64,000 nucleotides of DNA from the human T2T-CHM13v2.0 reference genome, Homo sapiens. Made by a program: the position numbers and the translations under genes. Location of the stretch: assembly GCF_009914755.1 (NCBI RefSeq), contig NC_060943.1. One strand, 5' to 3'. The notes under the pieces are model-generated. The model made no database searches. It was not told the origin of the DNA and saw only the letters and a list, made by a program, of their open reading frames with translations. Positions 61,027 through 64,000 of this stretch are shown here, piece after piece (the first letter of the stretch is position 1; the number at the start of each line of letters is the position of its first letter).

Positions 61027-61736
61027 TTAGGTAAATGTAAATGGGATAGACATAAAAAGACTTTTCATGTCATTTGACATCGTACCATTGTGTTACTTAA
61101 TTACTGGATACTTACTAAATGTCTTGGTTGGTACCAAATAAGATTAAAAAACCAAAATATGAATTGTTGAACACAAATGTTTGTTCTTGGCATTTTAAAT
61201 CTTATAAAAACTCTAAATAGGCCAGGTGTGGTGGCTCACGCTTGTAATCCCAGCACTTTGGGAGGCCAAGGTGGGTGGATCACGAGGTCAGGAGTTCAAG
61301 ACCAGCCTTGCTAACATGGTGAAACCCTGTCTCTACTAAAAATACAAAAATTAGCTGGGTGTGGTGGCGGGCACCTGTAATCCCAGCTACTCGGGAGGCT
61401 GAGGCAGAGAATTGCTTGAACCTGGGAGGTGGAGGTTGAAGTGAGCTGAGATGGCGCCACTGCATTCCAGCCTGGTGGACAGAGTGAGACTCTGTCTCAA
61501 AAAAAAAAAAAAAAAAAAGGAAAAGAACCAATAGGACAGAGAGATGTAAACAAAGTTATTAATATGAAGATACATTTTTGGTAAGGCAAGTTAAAAGCAA
61601 AAGAGAATAACTTTGTATGAGAAAGAATTTTATGTGATAAATATTGGTCCTAAAGTGATTTTTTTTTTTAAAAGAAAGCATAGGACAAAGCGGAAAGTCA
61701 AAGTATGTTGTCAAAGGTCTGAATAAGTTGTGATAA

Positions 61737-63026
<1,290 letters not shown>

Positions 63027-63207
63027 ATAAAATTCATGAAGGATTAATTTACGCAAGAAATTTTGTGTGTGACCAAATTGGCTATAATTAGAAGACAATT
63101 ATTTGTCTAAATATTTAGCTTTGATATTAAAATACACTAAAATGGCCAGGCGCAATGGCTCGCGCCTGTAATCCCAAGCACTTTGGGAGGCTAAGGTGGG
63201 CGGATCA

Positions 63208-63621
<414 letters not shown>

Positions 63622-64000
63622 TTAACTCAAGAAAAGAAAAAGGGAGGCAAAAAGACAAATAATCCTATAGAAAAATGAGCTAACAATATGAAAACTCTCA
63701 AAGAGGCAAATCTGGGAGCAAGTGAGGTTTATACTCATCAAAGAAGCATACAATTAAGTAGCATCATAGGATCTATTGTAGAGCCAGAGGATATGTTGTT
63801 CTTTTGGACCTGACTCTGACAACATCTATTAAAAATTTTAAAATAACATCAATCCTTTGATCTACCAATCCCTTCCCTGTAATCTGACCCACAGAAATAA
63901 AAACAACTGAAATCTAAGGGGTGATTACATGAATTTTTATTGTACCATTTCTTATGGTGGCAAATAAGCAAACTGTGAGTAAACGAGGGCAGCTGAATAA

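Overview
Human (hominid) genomic DNA, very Alu-dense (about 80 Alu copies or fragments by rough hand count) and typical of the chr19 KRAB zinc-finger clusters. The window holds nearly all of a minus-strand KRAB-C2H2 gene whose spliced product I recognise as ZNF566. Its coding exons are 29477-29485, 26256-26382, 25835-25930 and 1919-2943, giving 1257 nt and 418 aa (419 aa via a NAGNAG acceptor), and its non-coding first exon lies in a CpG-island promoter at about 42.4-43.3 kb. Upstream of the promoter is a nested transposon stack (Tigger3-like DNA transposon interrupted by an SVA, an Alu and an LTR13-type solo LTR), then a minus-strand CTBP2 processed pseudogene split by six Alus, and then L1/ERV1 debris. 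No prokaryotic-type systems (CRISPR, rRNA, tRNA) are present. The most interesting hypothesis: back-splicing of exons 2-4 would give a 291/294-nt circle that is a multiple of 3 and stop-free in the KRAB frame, and these exons are bracketed by convergent Alu runs. That makes it a candidate rolling-circle-translated poly-KRAB circRNA. This is sequence-based inference, not demonstrated biology. Repeat subfamily names come from memory of consensus sequences and most repeat boundaries are approximate.
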